The translations under genes were made by a program, and so were the position numbers. Shown here piece by piece: positions 1-12,323 of a stretch of 64,000 nt of DNA. Source of the stretch: Eledone cirrhosa (Eukaryota); NCBI GenBank assembly GCA_964016885.1, contig OZ024742.1:236964001-237028000 (forward strand), read 5' to 3'. Below the pieces are notes generated by a model. It was not told the DNA's origin. It did not search any database and saw only the letters and a list, made by a program, of their open reading frames with translations. Position 1 is the first letter of the stretch, and each line of letters opens with the position of its first letter.

Positions 1-428
1 CACACATACATACACACACACACACATATATATACATACACACATACAAACATACACACACACACACATATATATACACATACATACACCCACACACAGA
101 GAAATGGCCTCCAAATATATATATATATATACATACAGACACATTTTTTCCATAATATAAGAAGTTGGGACAGTGAAATTAAAATACAAGTCATTCTGAT
201 CACATTGAGTTCTTCATGTAGATTGGGCCCCGCAACCGACAGTGGTGAATTCTGTGTGCGCATATATATATATAGATATATGTGTGTGCACGTGCAGGGT
301 TTAACATGGATGTGTTGGTCACACAAAGGCATGGTCTGTCAACGAATAAACCTGATTCTACAGAATTGGTCTCTGGTCTTTAATAGTAGTGATTCCGTGC
401 GTATGTGTGTTTATATTTTATGACAATT

Positions 429-1640
429 CTATTGGGGTGATAACCCGTTTAGTTTTGGTTTAAATTTGTTAAGGAATAGATTTTCTTTGTTTATTCTTTG
501 TTGCTGTGTGAACGAATCTGAGCACTTGTAGAAGGGGAAGATTTTAAAGTTGGGTAGTGTCATTCCTGCGCAGTTCGCAATATGGCTGCTCAAGGGGATT
601 TTTCTTGTGTTAGCGTCCCGGATTTGTTGGCGGTGGATGGTCATTCTTTTGCGTAATGAGGTGCCCGTCTGTCCTATGTAGTTGTGTTTGCACCCACCGC
701 AAGTTATTGCGTAAATCAAGTTCTCCGAGTTGCAGGTGAAATTGTTTTTTACTGTAAATGTTTGGCCATCTTTGAATGTAAATGTTTGTCCTTCAGTGAG
801 GTAGAGGCACCTTCCACAGTTTGTTCTACCACATTTGGTAACTGTAGGGTTGAGGATTGGTTTGGGTATATTTGGTCCAGTGAGAATGCGTTTAAGTGAT
901 TTGGGTTGTCTTTTACTTTTAAGGATCTTGTGTGTTTCAAGAATAGACTTCATTTTTACATCTTTAAGTAGGATGGGGAGGTTTTTGTGTAGGTGATCAA
1001 ACATTTCGGTATTTCTGGGGTTGAAAGTGGATACATATGGCAGGGTGTTGAGTGTGGTTTTCTGTTTTGGATTGTTAAGTTGATGGGGATTTAGGTGTTT
1101 TGCCCTGTCTATTCCATTGTTGATTATTTCAAGTGGAAAGGCTCTTAAGATAAGGGTGTCTTTTAGTTCCTTTAGTCTTTGCTCCCGTTTAGGTGGATCT
1201 GATACTATGGTACATATACGTTTGGCCAAATTGTAAGGAATGTTAAGTTTTGTATGTTTTGGGTGACTTGATGTGAAAAAGAGGTATTGCTTGGAATCTG
1301 TGGGTTTATAGAATATATCTGTATCTAATTTCCCGTCTATTACAGAGATGAGAATATCCAAGAAGGCTAATTCCTTAGGATTGGATTCCATTGTGAATTG
1401 TATGTTATTATCTATGTTGTTTATCGTGTTTTTAAACGTAGTAAGTGAGTTCATGTCTTCTTGCCATAGGATAAAGCAGTCGTCTAGATATCTTTTCCAA
1501 TTGGCTTTGAGGTGTGTGTGGAAAGAGTCTCCAAATAAGAGAAGGGACTGACTGTATATTTGTTGTTCATGGAATCCCATGACTAGGTTGGCATATGTGG
1601 GTGCTACTTTCGTGCCCATTGCCGTACCTGATACTTGTCT
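429..1640 (-). mobile_element. Penelope-like element (Neptune-type), 5'-truncated: RT C-terminal half + Cys linker + GIY-YIG endonuclease, frame still open
   Basis: The ORF 429..2090 after the microsatellite reads GTAMGTKVAPTYANLVMG, WKRYLDDCF, FLDILI, YKPTDSKQYL..SSHP, CGRTNCGRC, LIYAITC..YIGQTG..RMTIH and ends PKLN. The N-terminal HTYI run is microsatellite. Confidence 0.93.
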
Positions 1641-1744
1641 GTGTGTATATATATGTGTGTGTATGTGTATATATATGTGTGTGTGTGTGTATGTTTGTAT
1701 GTGTGTATGTATATATATGTGTGTGTGTGTATGTATGTGTGGGG

Positions 1745-1792
<48 letters not shown>

Positions 1793-1857
1793 ATATATAT
1801 ATGTGTGTGTGTGTGTGTATGTATGTGTGTATCTGGATGTATGTGTATGTATATATA

Positions 1858-1920
<63 letters not shown>

Positions 1921-2372
1921 ATGTGTATATATGTGTGTGTGTGTATGTGTGTATGTATATGTATGTGTGTGTGTATGTATGTGTGTATATGTATATATAT
2001 ATATGTATATGTATATGTATATGTATGTATGTGTGGATGAAGGTATGTGTGTATATATAGGTGTAAGTGCACTAAATCCCTTTCTATCACGCTCCACTCT
2101 CCTACCCACCACAGGAAGATATGTGTATGTATATTGCTTCCACCCCCTCACTGACCAGCAGCTGGCCAGTTGGCCATTGCTAAATCTGACCTTTATAAAA
2201 TAACCCACACCCCATATAACTTCTCATTCACTACCAGAAAGGGACACAGCAGTCAACCTGTTGTTGCTACCTAGATGAAAACTACTATGAAATCCCACAA
2301 TGAATTTTATACTTGAATTTTCAAATCTCAAATTTTAACTCTTCGTATTATTAATTTTTCTTAATATTAATC

Positions 2373-2420
2373 AACATTTGAAAAGATGGCTTTTGCAGAC
2401 CCATCGAAACCGGTCATTTT
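2373..2420 (+). ncRNA. Type I hammerhead fold, U3-A8 core variant
   Basis: AACAT-TTGAAAA-GATGG..CCATC-GAAA-CCGG-TC-ATTTT; stem I has one mismatch. Confidence 0.6.
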
Positions 2421-2793
2421 TTATACCCTTTATTTTTTCCTTACCTTATAAAATTATATGTTTTTTCACAAAAAAGTATTCTGTCTCTTATATATTCCAT
2501 GTGCCATTACCAACCTCAATTTTCTCTATAACCTTCGTTTTGTGTAGAAAATTACACTTTTCATATATATATATATATATATATGGTCTTTCCTGATTTC
2601 CTTCGAATGAATCAGTTCTAGTCCTGTAGAAGCCATTTCTATATTAAACATTTTATATACTCTGCTATGTATTGAGTACGTTACTTACTCTGGTTACCCC
2701 CGATTGAACCCGGGTTACACACACAACATATATTTATATATATATAGAAATAAAAAATGTGAATACTAAAGGCCGAAGAGGGCGCGATAGGGT

Positions 2794-2879
<86 letters not shown>

Positions 2880-3009
2880 TGTGTGTGTCTGTGTCTGTGT
2901 GTATATGTATGTGTGTGTGTGTGTAAAAGGTAAACAGAAATAACAACACAATCGGTACAGTATATGGAAAGTATATATTAGGTTAACGCTTGATATAGCA
3001 GGAAGAGGG

Positions 3010-3045
3010 TCTTAACGTTTCGGACGCTAGTCCTTCATCAGAAGA
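3010..3045 (-). ncRNA. Minimal type I hammerhead ribozyme (Penelope pLTR type)
   Basis: Minus strand TCTT-CTGATGA-A-GGAC-TAGC-GTCC-GAAA-CG-TT-AAGA. Confidence 0.75.
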
Positions 3046-3407
3046 AAGAATGAGAAATAAAATAGATTAAGGGGAGAGGCGGGATGGAATTGGAAAAAAA
3101 TGTCTTTAGATAAAAATAATAGGTCCATTCATGTTGACATTGTTTTCAAAACTGTTGGTGCTGGCTTTTTGTGTATGATTTTTTTTTTTTAGAAAAGTGG
3201 ATGATGGCGCGCGTCTACCTGAAATGGAAAATAAAACGTTTTGTAAAATGGGGTATACTTGAGCTCGTGCGTAAGCATGCATGTATGTATGTATGTATGT
3301 ATGTATGTATGTATGTATGTATGTATGTATGTATGTATGTATGTATGTATGTATGCATGTATGTATGTATGTTATCTCTTTCTCTTAATTTCGAGTATAT
3401 TTTTTTT

Positions 3408-4029
3408 GACCGGCCACCTTCCTGGTGGCAAGGTTGTATGTATGTATGTATGTATGTATCCCAGTACAACCTGTCTCATGGTCGGGTCGTTGGCGACTAA
3501 ACTGGCACCCCACCAAGGTTTCTTGGTGAGGAGGGTGACTTTGGACATCCTGCAGGACTAAAAACAAAACCCGTCAAAGGGCAAAGGAGCTCTTAAGAGT
3601 CAATGGCCATCCAAAATTACCGGGAGAGATGACCCCTTAGCCTTTGTCAAGGCAGACTTCTAGGAGAAGGAAAATTCTGATATAACACCTGCAACCCTGA
3701 TGGTATCCAATGATGTTGACTTGTTCTTCTTTTTGGTAAATATCATCTTGGTTAAGAGAGTGGGACTGGCTTTGTGCAGTGCCTTTGCTCACTATAAAAG
3801 CTTCACGTCACAGGCATTGCTTTATATCTGGAGATCTCTCTGCACTTGTCGTCACATGGTACCATGGGTCCAGCACTATGTGTCAATAATTGTCACAAGT
3901 GTGGTGTTTGTACCAGGGTTTTAAATCGCTGGCTGGACTAAAAAGTCACACTTGTTCAACGCATCGGTGGGGGTTCTCCTACATGGATATAAAGTAGTGG
4001 CCGTACTCGAAAACGAGTTGGCAGCCACC

Positions 4030-4030
<1 letters not shown>
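3408..4030 (+). mobile_element. Non-autonomous RTE-related element (RTE-like 5'UTR plus 3' end) embedded in (ATGT)n
   Basis: Contains AAGGCAGACTTCTAGGAGAAGGAAAATTCTG, resembling RTE 5'UTRs. Close copy at 47243-47685 and a diverged inverted piece at ~26310-26570. Confidence 0.55.
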
Positions 4031-4060
<30 letters not shown>

Positions 4061-4088
4061 TGTATGTATGTATGTATGTATGTATGTA

Positions 4089-4157
<69 letters not shown>

Positions 4158-4339
4158 TTATAGGTCCGTACGAAGCTAAGAAGAACTGTGTGTGTATATG
4201 TGAGTAAAAGAGTGTGTGTGCATGTAAGTACGAAGCTATGAGCAAAGAGAAAGCGATAGGGATCTAGGGGTGTGATAATGGACGGGATATTAGAGAAATT
4301 GGGGAGGTGAGTTGAGTCCAAGAGGGGAATAGGACCCAA

Positions 4340-5190
4340 GACGGTAAATCAGACTTTGTTCAGTCCTGGCGCGCGAGGCCTGTGATCCATGATGTAACAG
4401 GACACCCAGGATTTAAACATGTAGGGAAGAATGACCAGGAGAACAGAAATGACGGGCGACAGGAGTATCCAAACCGAGTCGTATGTCCCTCAATTGTTCG
4501 GCAAAACGGTCCGCCATACGCCGTCCCGTTTGTCCGATATATAAAGACCCGCAAAGGGAACACCGGAAGGCATAGACAACGTGGGTGGATGTGCAGGTGA
4601 AGGAATAGTGGATACGCAAAGACCCGTTAGGACCTGTAAGAGTGGTGAGGATGGAAATAAAGGGACAAGTGTTACAGCGGGAACGGGAACAAGGATGAGA
4701 GCCGGGTGGAGTCGTGGGAGAGGACAAAAAAGAACTGCGAACCATGAGGTCGCGGAGGTTTCGGGGTGCTTAAAAGCAGTAATGGGTGGGTTTGGAAAAA
4801 AGCGAGAAGTGACGGAGTCAGAAGGAACGGAGGATATGTCGCCAGAGTGGTAGGGTGATGGGGTGGTAGGTGAGAGGGAAAGGAACACGGGAGTTGGGAG
4901 GGCGGGGCTGAGGTGAGAGGGCTGTCGTGCGATCTGTTTTACGGGCGCGGGTGAGAGCAGCTTGGATCAAGGTGGGAGGGATATCCACGCTGGATGAAGC
5001 AGGAAGCGATGTGAAGGGAATGGGTTTCGAAATCGACGTCCTGGCTACAGAGTCGAGGAAGACGGAGGAATTGGGAATAGGGTATGGAGTGTTTGGTGTG
5101 GGTTGGATGGGAGGAGGTGAAGACGAGATAAGATTGGGAGTCTGTTGGTTTAATGTAGATGGAAGTAGAGAGGGTGTGGTGAGAGAGATT
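4340..5190 (-). pseudogene. Penelope-like RT thumb + GIY-YIG fragment (frameshifted, second family)
   Basis: IYIKPTDSQSYLVFTSSHP..SIPYSQFLRL; CSRSRCNTC; VVYAFRCSLCGSLYIGQTGRRMADRF..PVARHF. Confidence 0.88.
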
Positions 5191-5223
5191 AATATATATA
5201 TATATATATATACTGTATATATG

Positions 5224-5267
<44 letters not shown>

Positions 5268-5268
<1 letters not shown>

Positions 5269-6600
5269 CATCATCATCATCATCATCATCATCACCGTTT
5301 TAGGTCCGTTCTTCCATGCTAGCATGGGTTAGACGGGTTGTCCTGTTGTGGGCAATGTCTGGTCGGCTGACCATGCCTTGCTCATACAGGAACTGATTTT
5401 GGCTTGATTTCTACAGCTGGATGCCCTTCCTAACACCAACCTCATTTACAGTGAGTACTGGGTGCTTTTTTTCGTGGAGCCTACGCGCCCACTTTACAGT
5501 GTGGGCTGGGTGCTTTTTTGCCGTGGCACCTCCACGACCACTTTGCAGTGGGGGGGTGTGGGGGGCATATTGTCTATAAGCTTCAGATTGTACCCATGGG
5601 AGGTCGGGTACTCTGTATTACTGCATGACGCCAGAGGTCACGGTCGTGTGTCATCGCCTTTGAGAGGTGTAATTGAGTAAGGTCGGCTTTTTCATCTCAT
5701 CCCAGGTCTTCTTGGGTCTCCCCACTCCGCGGTTTCCATTGACTTCTAGTGCTCTGCACCTTTTTATACAGCTGTCATCCTTCATACGCATCACATACCA
5801 ACGCAACCGCCTCTCCTGCACACAGTGTTTGATTCCTCTTATGCTCAGTCTCTCTCTCTCAATTCATTTATGATTTGCCGTTCGCGTATATTACTATTAC
5901 ACATCCATCGGAGCATGCAGGCTACGTTTCTTTCAAATCTACGTAAGTCTTCCACCTTCAGCGCCCAGGTTTCACTACCATGTAACATTGCTGTTCGTAT
6001 ACACGCATCATACAGTCTGCCTTTCATTTTGAGGGGAAAGCCTTTTGCAGCTAGCAGTGGCAGTAGTTCCCTGAACTTCTTCCATCCCATTCTTACCCTA
6101 GTTATTGTACTTTTTGAACACCCACCTCCGCTGCTAATTCGGTCACCTAGGTAGCAGAAGCTGTCTACTGTTTCTACAGAGCCCTCCCAGAGATTGGTGG
6201 TACTTGTTTCCTGTGGCTGTTTGCTGCTTGCTGTCCCAGCACAGCTGCTACATGTGAAGCCTACATTCTTAATTAAGCTTCCTGAGATCCCGCTACATCT
6301 CTTGTGTACCTATTGTTTGCATTTGGAGCAGAGAATGGAGTTCCTACCTACACCTTTCCTACATATTGAGCAAGGCCATTTTCCTGGGGGGATCGTGATT
6401 CTGTTTTCTAGTCTACTTACAAGGACCTTAGTCTTTGTCAGGTTGACTTTGAGACCCTTTCTTTCTAGTCCCTGCTTCCAAGTTCGGAATTTCTTCTCTA
6501 GTTCTACCACAGATTCAGCTATAAGTTCGAGATCATCTGCATACAGGAGTTCCCATGGGCATCCGGTCTTAAACTCCCCCGTTATTGCCTGCAGCACTAT
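5268..6600 (-). mobile_element. RTE/RTEX-like LINE, 3' part, decayed, with (TGA)n tail
   Basis: [38 protein letters not shown]; KGRLYDACIRTAMLHGSETW; (CAT)n at 5268-5293 on the + strand. Confidence 0.85.
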
Positions 6601-6671
6601 GAATATAAATATATATAAATAAATATATATATATGTATATATATATAAATATATATATGTATATATATATG

Positions 6672-6764
<93 letters not shown>

Positions 6765-6848
6765 CTTTGAATAACTTTGAAATGTTTTGGCCAGTATTGG
6801 CCCAGGCCATGTCTAACTTAATAGCACCACCTGGCGAAGTCTTTCAAT

Positions 6849-9800
6849 TCAGGATTTGGGCACCATGGCCCATTCGAGAAGAGAATTACTGTTTGCGGAG
6901 ACATATCCGGGTGTGGGTGGTTTGTCCGGGATTACTTGGAGGAATTTGTCCAAAGACTTCTTGAATTTTGTGTGGTCAGTTTCTGTTTTGACGTGTCCTG
7001 GTGTGATGTTGAAGAGAGCAGGGCCGATTGAGGTGAAATAATTGTGCCGTATTGTTGTTATGAGTTGCGATTTAGATTTTTGAATGGGACGGATAGCACG
7101 GGGCCCAAGCCTTGGGTGTATCTTGAAGGCGATGCCAACATCATTTGGGCAGTGATGATGGAACATTTTCCACATCATGCAGATAATATAACGCTCACGG
7201 CGACGTTGGAGTGAGTTAAGTTTCAGGTTTTCTAATCGACCCCAGTAGTCAAGGTCTGACATGCCATCTATCTTTTTCGTGATTGCCCTTTGAGGAGCTT
7301 CAAGTTTCATGATACTTTGTTTCGTGTGGGGAGACCACAGTGGACAACAGTATTCAAGGTGTGGTCGGGCAAAAGTAGAGAAGAGAAGGATAATGGTGCG
7401 GGAATCTCTCGACTGGAAGGTTCTGAGGATCCAGGAACACATTCTGCGGGCCATGTCAACTTTGCTGCTTATATGCGTGGTCCAGCTTATGTTGCTGTCC
7501 ACGGTTACTCCCAAGTCTCTGATGTTGTTAGATGCCACGAGAGTTTCCCCGGAGGGAAGGGAGTACGGGAGTTTCAGAGCATCCTCTTTTCCAAAGTGGA
7601 TCAGTTCGAATTTGTCTTCGTTCAGTAACATGTTGTTCTTTTCTGCCCATTGGGTAACAGCCAGTAGGTCTGACTGAAGGCTTATTCGGTCATCCACGCC
7701 ATTGATGACCTTTTGGAGCTTGGAATCATCAGCGAAAATTTTAATGTTGCTGTGTTTGATGATGTCAGTGATGTCATTAATATAGATGATGAAGAGAAGT
7801 GGGCCCAACACAGTGCCTTGTGGGACCCCACTACTGACTTTGGCTGGGCTTGATTTGACTCCCTCAACTACAACATGTTGGGTTCTGTTTGACAGGAAGC
7901 TCTTGATCCACTGCAGCAGCTTTCCAGTGACACCAATATTGGACAGCTTTCTCAGTAGAATGTTATGATCAACCCTGTCAAAGGCCTTGCTGAAATCAAG
8001 GTAGATAACATCAGTGTTGGAACCCTCTCCCAAGGCTCTCAAAATGTCATCAAAGTGATGCAGTAGCTGCGTCAGGCAATCCCTTCCATTACGGAATCCA
8101 TGCTGGTTGGAGTTCAGCATATTGTTACTCTCAAGGAAGTGGGTCATTCGCGATCTCACCACTCTCTCAAATACCTTAATGATATGAGAGGTGAGTGAGA
8201 TTGGACGGTAATTCACGGCAAGGGATTTGTTTCCCTTTTTGAAAACTGGGACAACAGACTGGGATAGAAGGTTTTCTGGCACATATCCAGCATCCAGTGA
8301 GTTCCGCCACAGATTGGCAAGAGGAGATGCAAGTTGGTGTTGACACGCCTTCAAGACACAAGCAGGGAACCTATCGGGACCTACTGCTGAATTATGCTTG
8401 ATTTCCTTTATTGCCGCCAAGACATCAGGGGTGCCAAACGTTATGTCCGATAAGGTGTAATGGGGAGTAACATCGCCGATACAGCCCAGATCGGCCATAT
8501 CAGGATTGCTGAAAACAGAGCAGTATTGTTTCTGCAGTATCTCACCCATGGTTTTAGCATTGTCTTGAAGAGTGCCATTTTCATCAATTAGAGGGCCAAC
8601 AGTAGAGCCAGTGATTTTGTGTTTTTTTGCAAATGAAAAGAACACTTTGGGATTGAGTTTGATCTTCTCAATGGCCCAGGCCTCTTCAGCTCTTCTCTGA
8701 TTGTTGATGAGGGACATTATGTTGTTTTGGAGGTTATGTTTTTTAATCTCTAGTGATGAAATGGCAGTCAAGTTGATGTGTTGCTGCTGACAGTATTTCA
8801 GCTTGTTGATTTTTTTGTTCGTTCTCTTAATTTTTCTGATGAGCGTTTTTCTATTTCTAGGGATTCTGCTCTTAGATTTGTTTATAGTTCTTAATGGGGT
8901 GTGTTTAGCACATATGTTTGTAACAGTGTCCACAAATGTCTGCCAGGACTTTTTGATGTTAGTGGGTGTATGAGTGTGCGTGAAGGACCAGTCGACATGT
9001 GCAAGATCATGACTGATCGCTTCCCAGTTTGCATTGTGGAAATCCATAGCGTCAAACGGATGGACAGGAGAGATGACATTGGGTTTGTATATTGGACGGT
9101 GGAATCTCAGATCACAGAGAACCATGTCATGATCAGAGAGTAGAGTTTTCTCCACTGCAATATGGTGGATATTGTCAGTGTGATTGCTGAAAATTAAGTC
9201 TAGGACGTTTTTGTGGCACCTCGTTGGTTCGAGCACCAGTTGGGATAGGAAGAAATCATCCATGAAGTCAAGAAGCGATTCCACAGCTTCCCTGTCAGAG
9301 GTTGAGGCAGAAGAACCTGGTGGCAGGCTGTTTGTGGACCAGTCAACTCCGGGGAGGTTGAAGTCCCCCGTCATTAAGATGTTGTCAGGGTGACACTCTT
9401 GGATGAAACACTTTATGCTGTTGAGGCATTCCTTGAAGCATGGTACAGGCGTTTGGGGTGGCCTATAGAGCCCAACTACTAATAGGTTGTTGGTTTGACT
9501 GAATACAGTGACTGCTTCACAGTATCCATTAGTGAATATGTTCATAGCCTCTGTTGAGAAAGAATTATGGACATAAATGGCAGTTCCGCCCTTTCTTCTG
9601 CCAGCGCGATCAGCACGGATGGCTTTGAAATGTTTCACTTTCACCTCGGCTTCCAAGTGGAGGTTACTGAGATGGGTTTCAGTGAGGACGAAGAAAGGGA
9701 TGTGGTTTGGATGGACATCAATCCAGTCCTCCAGGAATTTGATCTTCCATTTTTGAGTATTGGTGGAAGGACTGATGCCTTGGGCGTTAAGCAAAAATGT

Positions 9801-9869
9801 AGAGGCGAGAGTGGATGGTTTTAATTGTTTTGGTGTGTTGTTAATTTGTTTGTTTGTTAATGGCAGCAA
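6849..9869 (-). CDS. LINE ORF2: APE endonuclease + reverse transcriptase (1006 codons; annotated start is TTG)
   Basis: EN motifs LNAQG, LTETHL, GGTAIY, LYRPP, GDFNLP, LDLIF, SDH. RT motifs [36 protein letters not shown]. No stops. Confidence 0.95.
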   Translation of the reverse strand: MLPLTNKQINNTPKQLKPSTLASTFLLNAQGISPSTNTQKWKIKFLEDWIDVHPNHIPFFVLTETHLSNLHLEAEVKVKHFKAIRADRAGRRKGGTAIYVHNSFSTEAMNIFTNGYCEAVTVFSQTNNLLVVGLYRPPQTPVPCFKECLNSIKCFIQECHPDNILMTGDFNLPGVDWSTNSLPPGSSASTSDREAVESLLDFMDDFFLSQLVLEPTRCHKNVLDLIFSNHTDNIHHIAVEKTLLSDHDMVLCDLRFHRPIYKPNVISPVHPFDAMDFHNANWEAISHDLAHVDWSFTHTHTPTNIKKSWQTFVDTVTNICAKHTPLRTINKSKSRIPRNRKTLIRKIKRTNKKINKLKYCQQQHINLTAISSLEIKKHNLQNNIMSLINNQRRAEEAWAIEKIKLNPKVFFSFAKKHKITGSTVGPLIDENGTLQDNAKTMGEILQKQYCSVFSNPDMADLGCIGDVTPHYTLSDITFGTPDVLAAIKEIKHNSAVGPDRFPACVLKACQHQLASPLANLWRNSLDAGYVPENLLSQSVVPVFKKGNKSLAVNYRPISLTSHIIKVFERVVRSRMTHFLESNNMLNSNQHGFRNGRDCLTQLLHHFDDILRALGEGSNTDVIYLDFSKAFDRVDHNILLRKLSNIGVTGKLLQWIKSFLSNRTQHVVVEGVKSSPAKVSSGVPQGTVLGPLLFIIYINDITDIIKHSNIKIFADDSKLQKVINGVDDRISLQSDLLAVTQWAEKNNMLLNEDKFELIHFGKEDALKLPYSLPSGETLVASNNIRDLGVTVDSNISWTTHISSKVDMARRMCSWILRTFQSRDSRTIILLFSTFARPHLEYCCPLWSPHTKQSIMKLEAPQRAITKKIDGMSDLDYWGRLENLKLNSLQRRRERYIICMMWKMFHHHCPNDVGIAFKIHPRLGPRAIRPIQKSKSQLITTIRHNYFTSIGPALFNITPGHVKTETDHTKFKKSLDKFLQVIPDKPPTPGYVSANSNSLLEWAMVPKS

Positions 9870-10761
9870 TGGGAGTTTGTGCAGTGGGGTGATAGTGGAG
9901 GGTGGTGCTGGGTGATAGCTCGAATGTTTTTTTCCAGTTCTTTTGCCAGATTCATTATGGCTAAAAAAGAGGAAGAAGTTTCCTGTTTAGAAGACTGTTG
10001 GTGACTGTGGTAGTGGTTATTTTTATGTAGGTTATGGTTTTTGTTTTTGCTTTTATTTTTAATTTTATTTTCATTTGTCCGACGGGTCCCCGGGAGATGG
10101 GTAAAGGGACAATCCCGGTCTAAACACAATCTGTCTCGCAGGGAAAAGCGACAGATTTGTGGATTCCTTGTTTGAGTTATTGGTGGTTGTGTTGGTGTTA
10201 AATTAGAGTATGTATTATGGTGGTGGCTGTTTGTGGGGATAGATCGTTTTGTCCTAGGTAAATGGGTGAATTTGCAGCCACTATCCGTACATATTCTATA
10301 GCGTAGAGAGTAGCGGCAAATGATGGGGTTTCGAGTGGGTGGGTATGTGGGTGTGTGTGTTGTGAGAGGTGTAGATGATGGTTTGGGTAGGATTTGACGA
10401 CCTTTGTGGACTGTGGGAGGGAGAGTTCTTGTTCTGGTATTAGAAGGTAAATTCCTTGACATAGCAGTAGACAAAAATGTTGTAGTAGTAGTAGTAGTAG
10501 TAGTAGGCAGAGATGTTGGCAGTGGTGATGATTGGACTGCTGGGCCAGAGAAAGGATGTGGCGTTTCATGCTGTGAGACAGAGGCTACTGGGGGGTCAAT
10601 AGTTTCATTTAGTAGATCGGCCATTGTTGATGAATCAAGGAGTGGTTCACACTGTTGTTGTCGTTGTTGTTGTTGTTGCTGTTGTTGATGTTGTTGTTGT
10701 AGCTGTTGTTGTTGTTGCCGTTGTAGCTGCTGTTGTTGTTGTTGCTGGACAGCATTCGAAA

Positions 10762-10762
<1 letters not shown>
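9857..10762 (-). CDS. LINE ORF1: polyQ, P/T-rich region and two CCCH-type zinc fingers; 5' end uncertain (first ATG ~10624)
   Basis: [19 protein letters not shown] and [19 protein letters not shown] (C-x8-C-x4-C-x3-H), directly upstream of and overlapping ORF2. Confidence 0.8.
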
Positions 10763-10811
<49 letters not shown>

Positions 10812-11029
10812 GTATATATATATATATATATATAAATGTATATATATATATGTATATATATATGTATGTATATATATGTATATATATATGTATGTATATA
10901 CATGTATATATATATATGTATGTATGTATATATATATATATATATATATATAAATGTATATATATATATGTATATATATATGTATATATATATAAATGTA
11001 TATATATATATATGTATATATATATGTAT

Positions 11030-11067
<38 letters not shown>

Positions 11068-11270
11068 GCATGTATATATATATATGTATGTATATATATA
11101 TATAAATATATATATATGTATATATATATATAAATATATATATATGTATATATATATACGTATATATGTATATGTATGTATATATATATATAAATATATA
11201 TATATGTATATATATATATGTAAGTATATATATATATATGTATATATATATATGTATGTATATATATGTA
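10763..11270. repeat. (TA)n-rich compound microsatellite, representative of dozens of (TA), (CA), (GA), (ATGT) and (TAA) tracts in the window
   Basis: Directly visible. Confidence 0.98.
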
Positions 11271-12022
11271 AGTATGTATGTATGTATACGTACACACATA
11301 TATGTATACAGACGTACAGTAGTATGATATATATACATACATGCACACATATATATATGCACGTATCCGTTTACCGAACATTTATTATAATGCTCGGTTT
11401 GTTTGTTTGTAAACAAACAAACAGCCCGAATTACGCCGTACAGAGTTTAAGCAACCACGTCACCTTTTTGTTCAACAATGACACAGGAACGATGTACTAG
11501 TTTCAAGCTTATTAACTATCGTCAGCATCGTATAGCTTCCTGCCAGATGGTTGAATGTCTGAAAGTATATACTTTCCTTATGCATATTAACGGCCGAGCA
11601 GCCTAATTTGCATATCGAGTAAGTTCAGTCGGCCGGGCACACCGAAAACGATAAAGGGACTAGAATGAAACGAAATTTCATTTCTCACTCTTAGTCGGCA
11701 CTTACTTAAATGTAAGTATGTATGTATACGTACATACATATATGTATACAGACGTACAGTAGTATGTATATATATACATAGATGCACACATATATATATG
11801 CACGTATCGGTTTACCGAACATTTATTATAATGCTCGGTTTGTTTGTTTGTAAACAAACAAACAGCCCGAATTACGCCGTACTGTGTTTAGGCAACCACG
11901 TCACATTTTTGTTCAACACTGACACAGGAACATATATGTATGTACGTATACATACATACTTACATTTAAGTAAGTGCCGTACTAAGAGTGAGAAATGAAA
12001 TTTCGTTTCATTCTATTCCATT
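11270..12022 (-). mobile_element. Non-coding pLTR-like cassette (family Z), partial tandem duplication
   Basis: ~11270-11490 is repeated at ~11710-11930. Homologous to 44175-44780. Flanked by TA repeats. Confidence 0.65.
11490..11530 (-). ncRNA. Minimal type I hammerhead ribozyme
   Basis: CGATG-CTGACGA-TAGTT-AATA-AGCTT-GAAA-CTAG-TA-CATCG: perfect 5-bp stem I and palindromic loop III. Confidence 0.85.
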
Positions 12023-12052
12023 TATGTATATATATATATAAATATATATATG

Positions 12053-12084
<32 letters not shown>

Positions 12085-12116
12085 AATATATATATGTATA
12101 TATATATATAAATATA

Positions 12117-12204
<88 letters not shown>

Positions 12205-12262
12205 AATATATATATGTATATATATATATGTATAAATATATACATGTATAGATATATATATG

Positions 12263-12315
<53 letters not shown>

Positions 12316-12323
<8 letters not shown>

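Larger units (their letters stand above)
6762..10762 (-). mobile_element. CR1/L2-group LINE, apparently intact ORF2, flanked by (TA)n on both sides
   Basis: ORF1 and ORF2 in tandem, short 3'UTR ending CAAAGTTATCAAAGTT(AT)n, TA microsatellite at both junctions. Confidence 0.92.

Noticed and set aside
205-232. Motif CCAATC..ATGAAGAACTCAATGT shared with 30655-30680
   Set aside because: Probably related pLTR sequence; ATGAAGA does not complete a hammerhead fold.
1567-2208. Long YI/HT/CV-repeat ORFs here and throughout the ORF track
   Set aside because: Translations of stop-free dinucleotide microsatellites, not genes.
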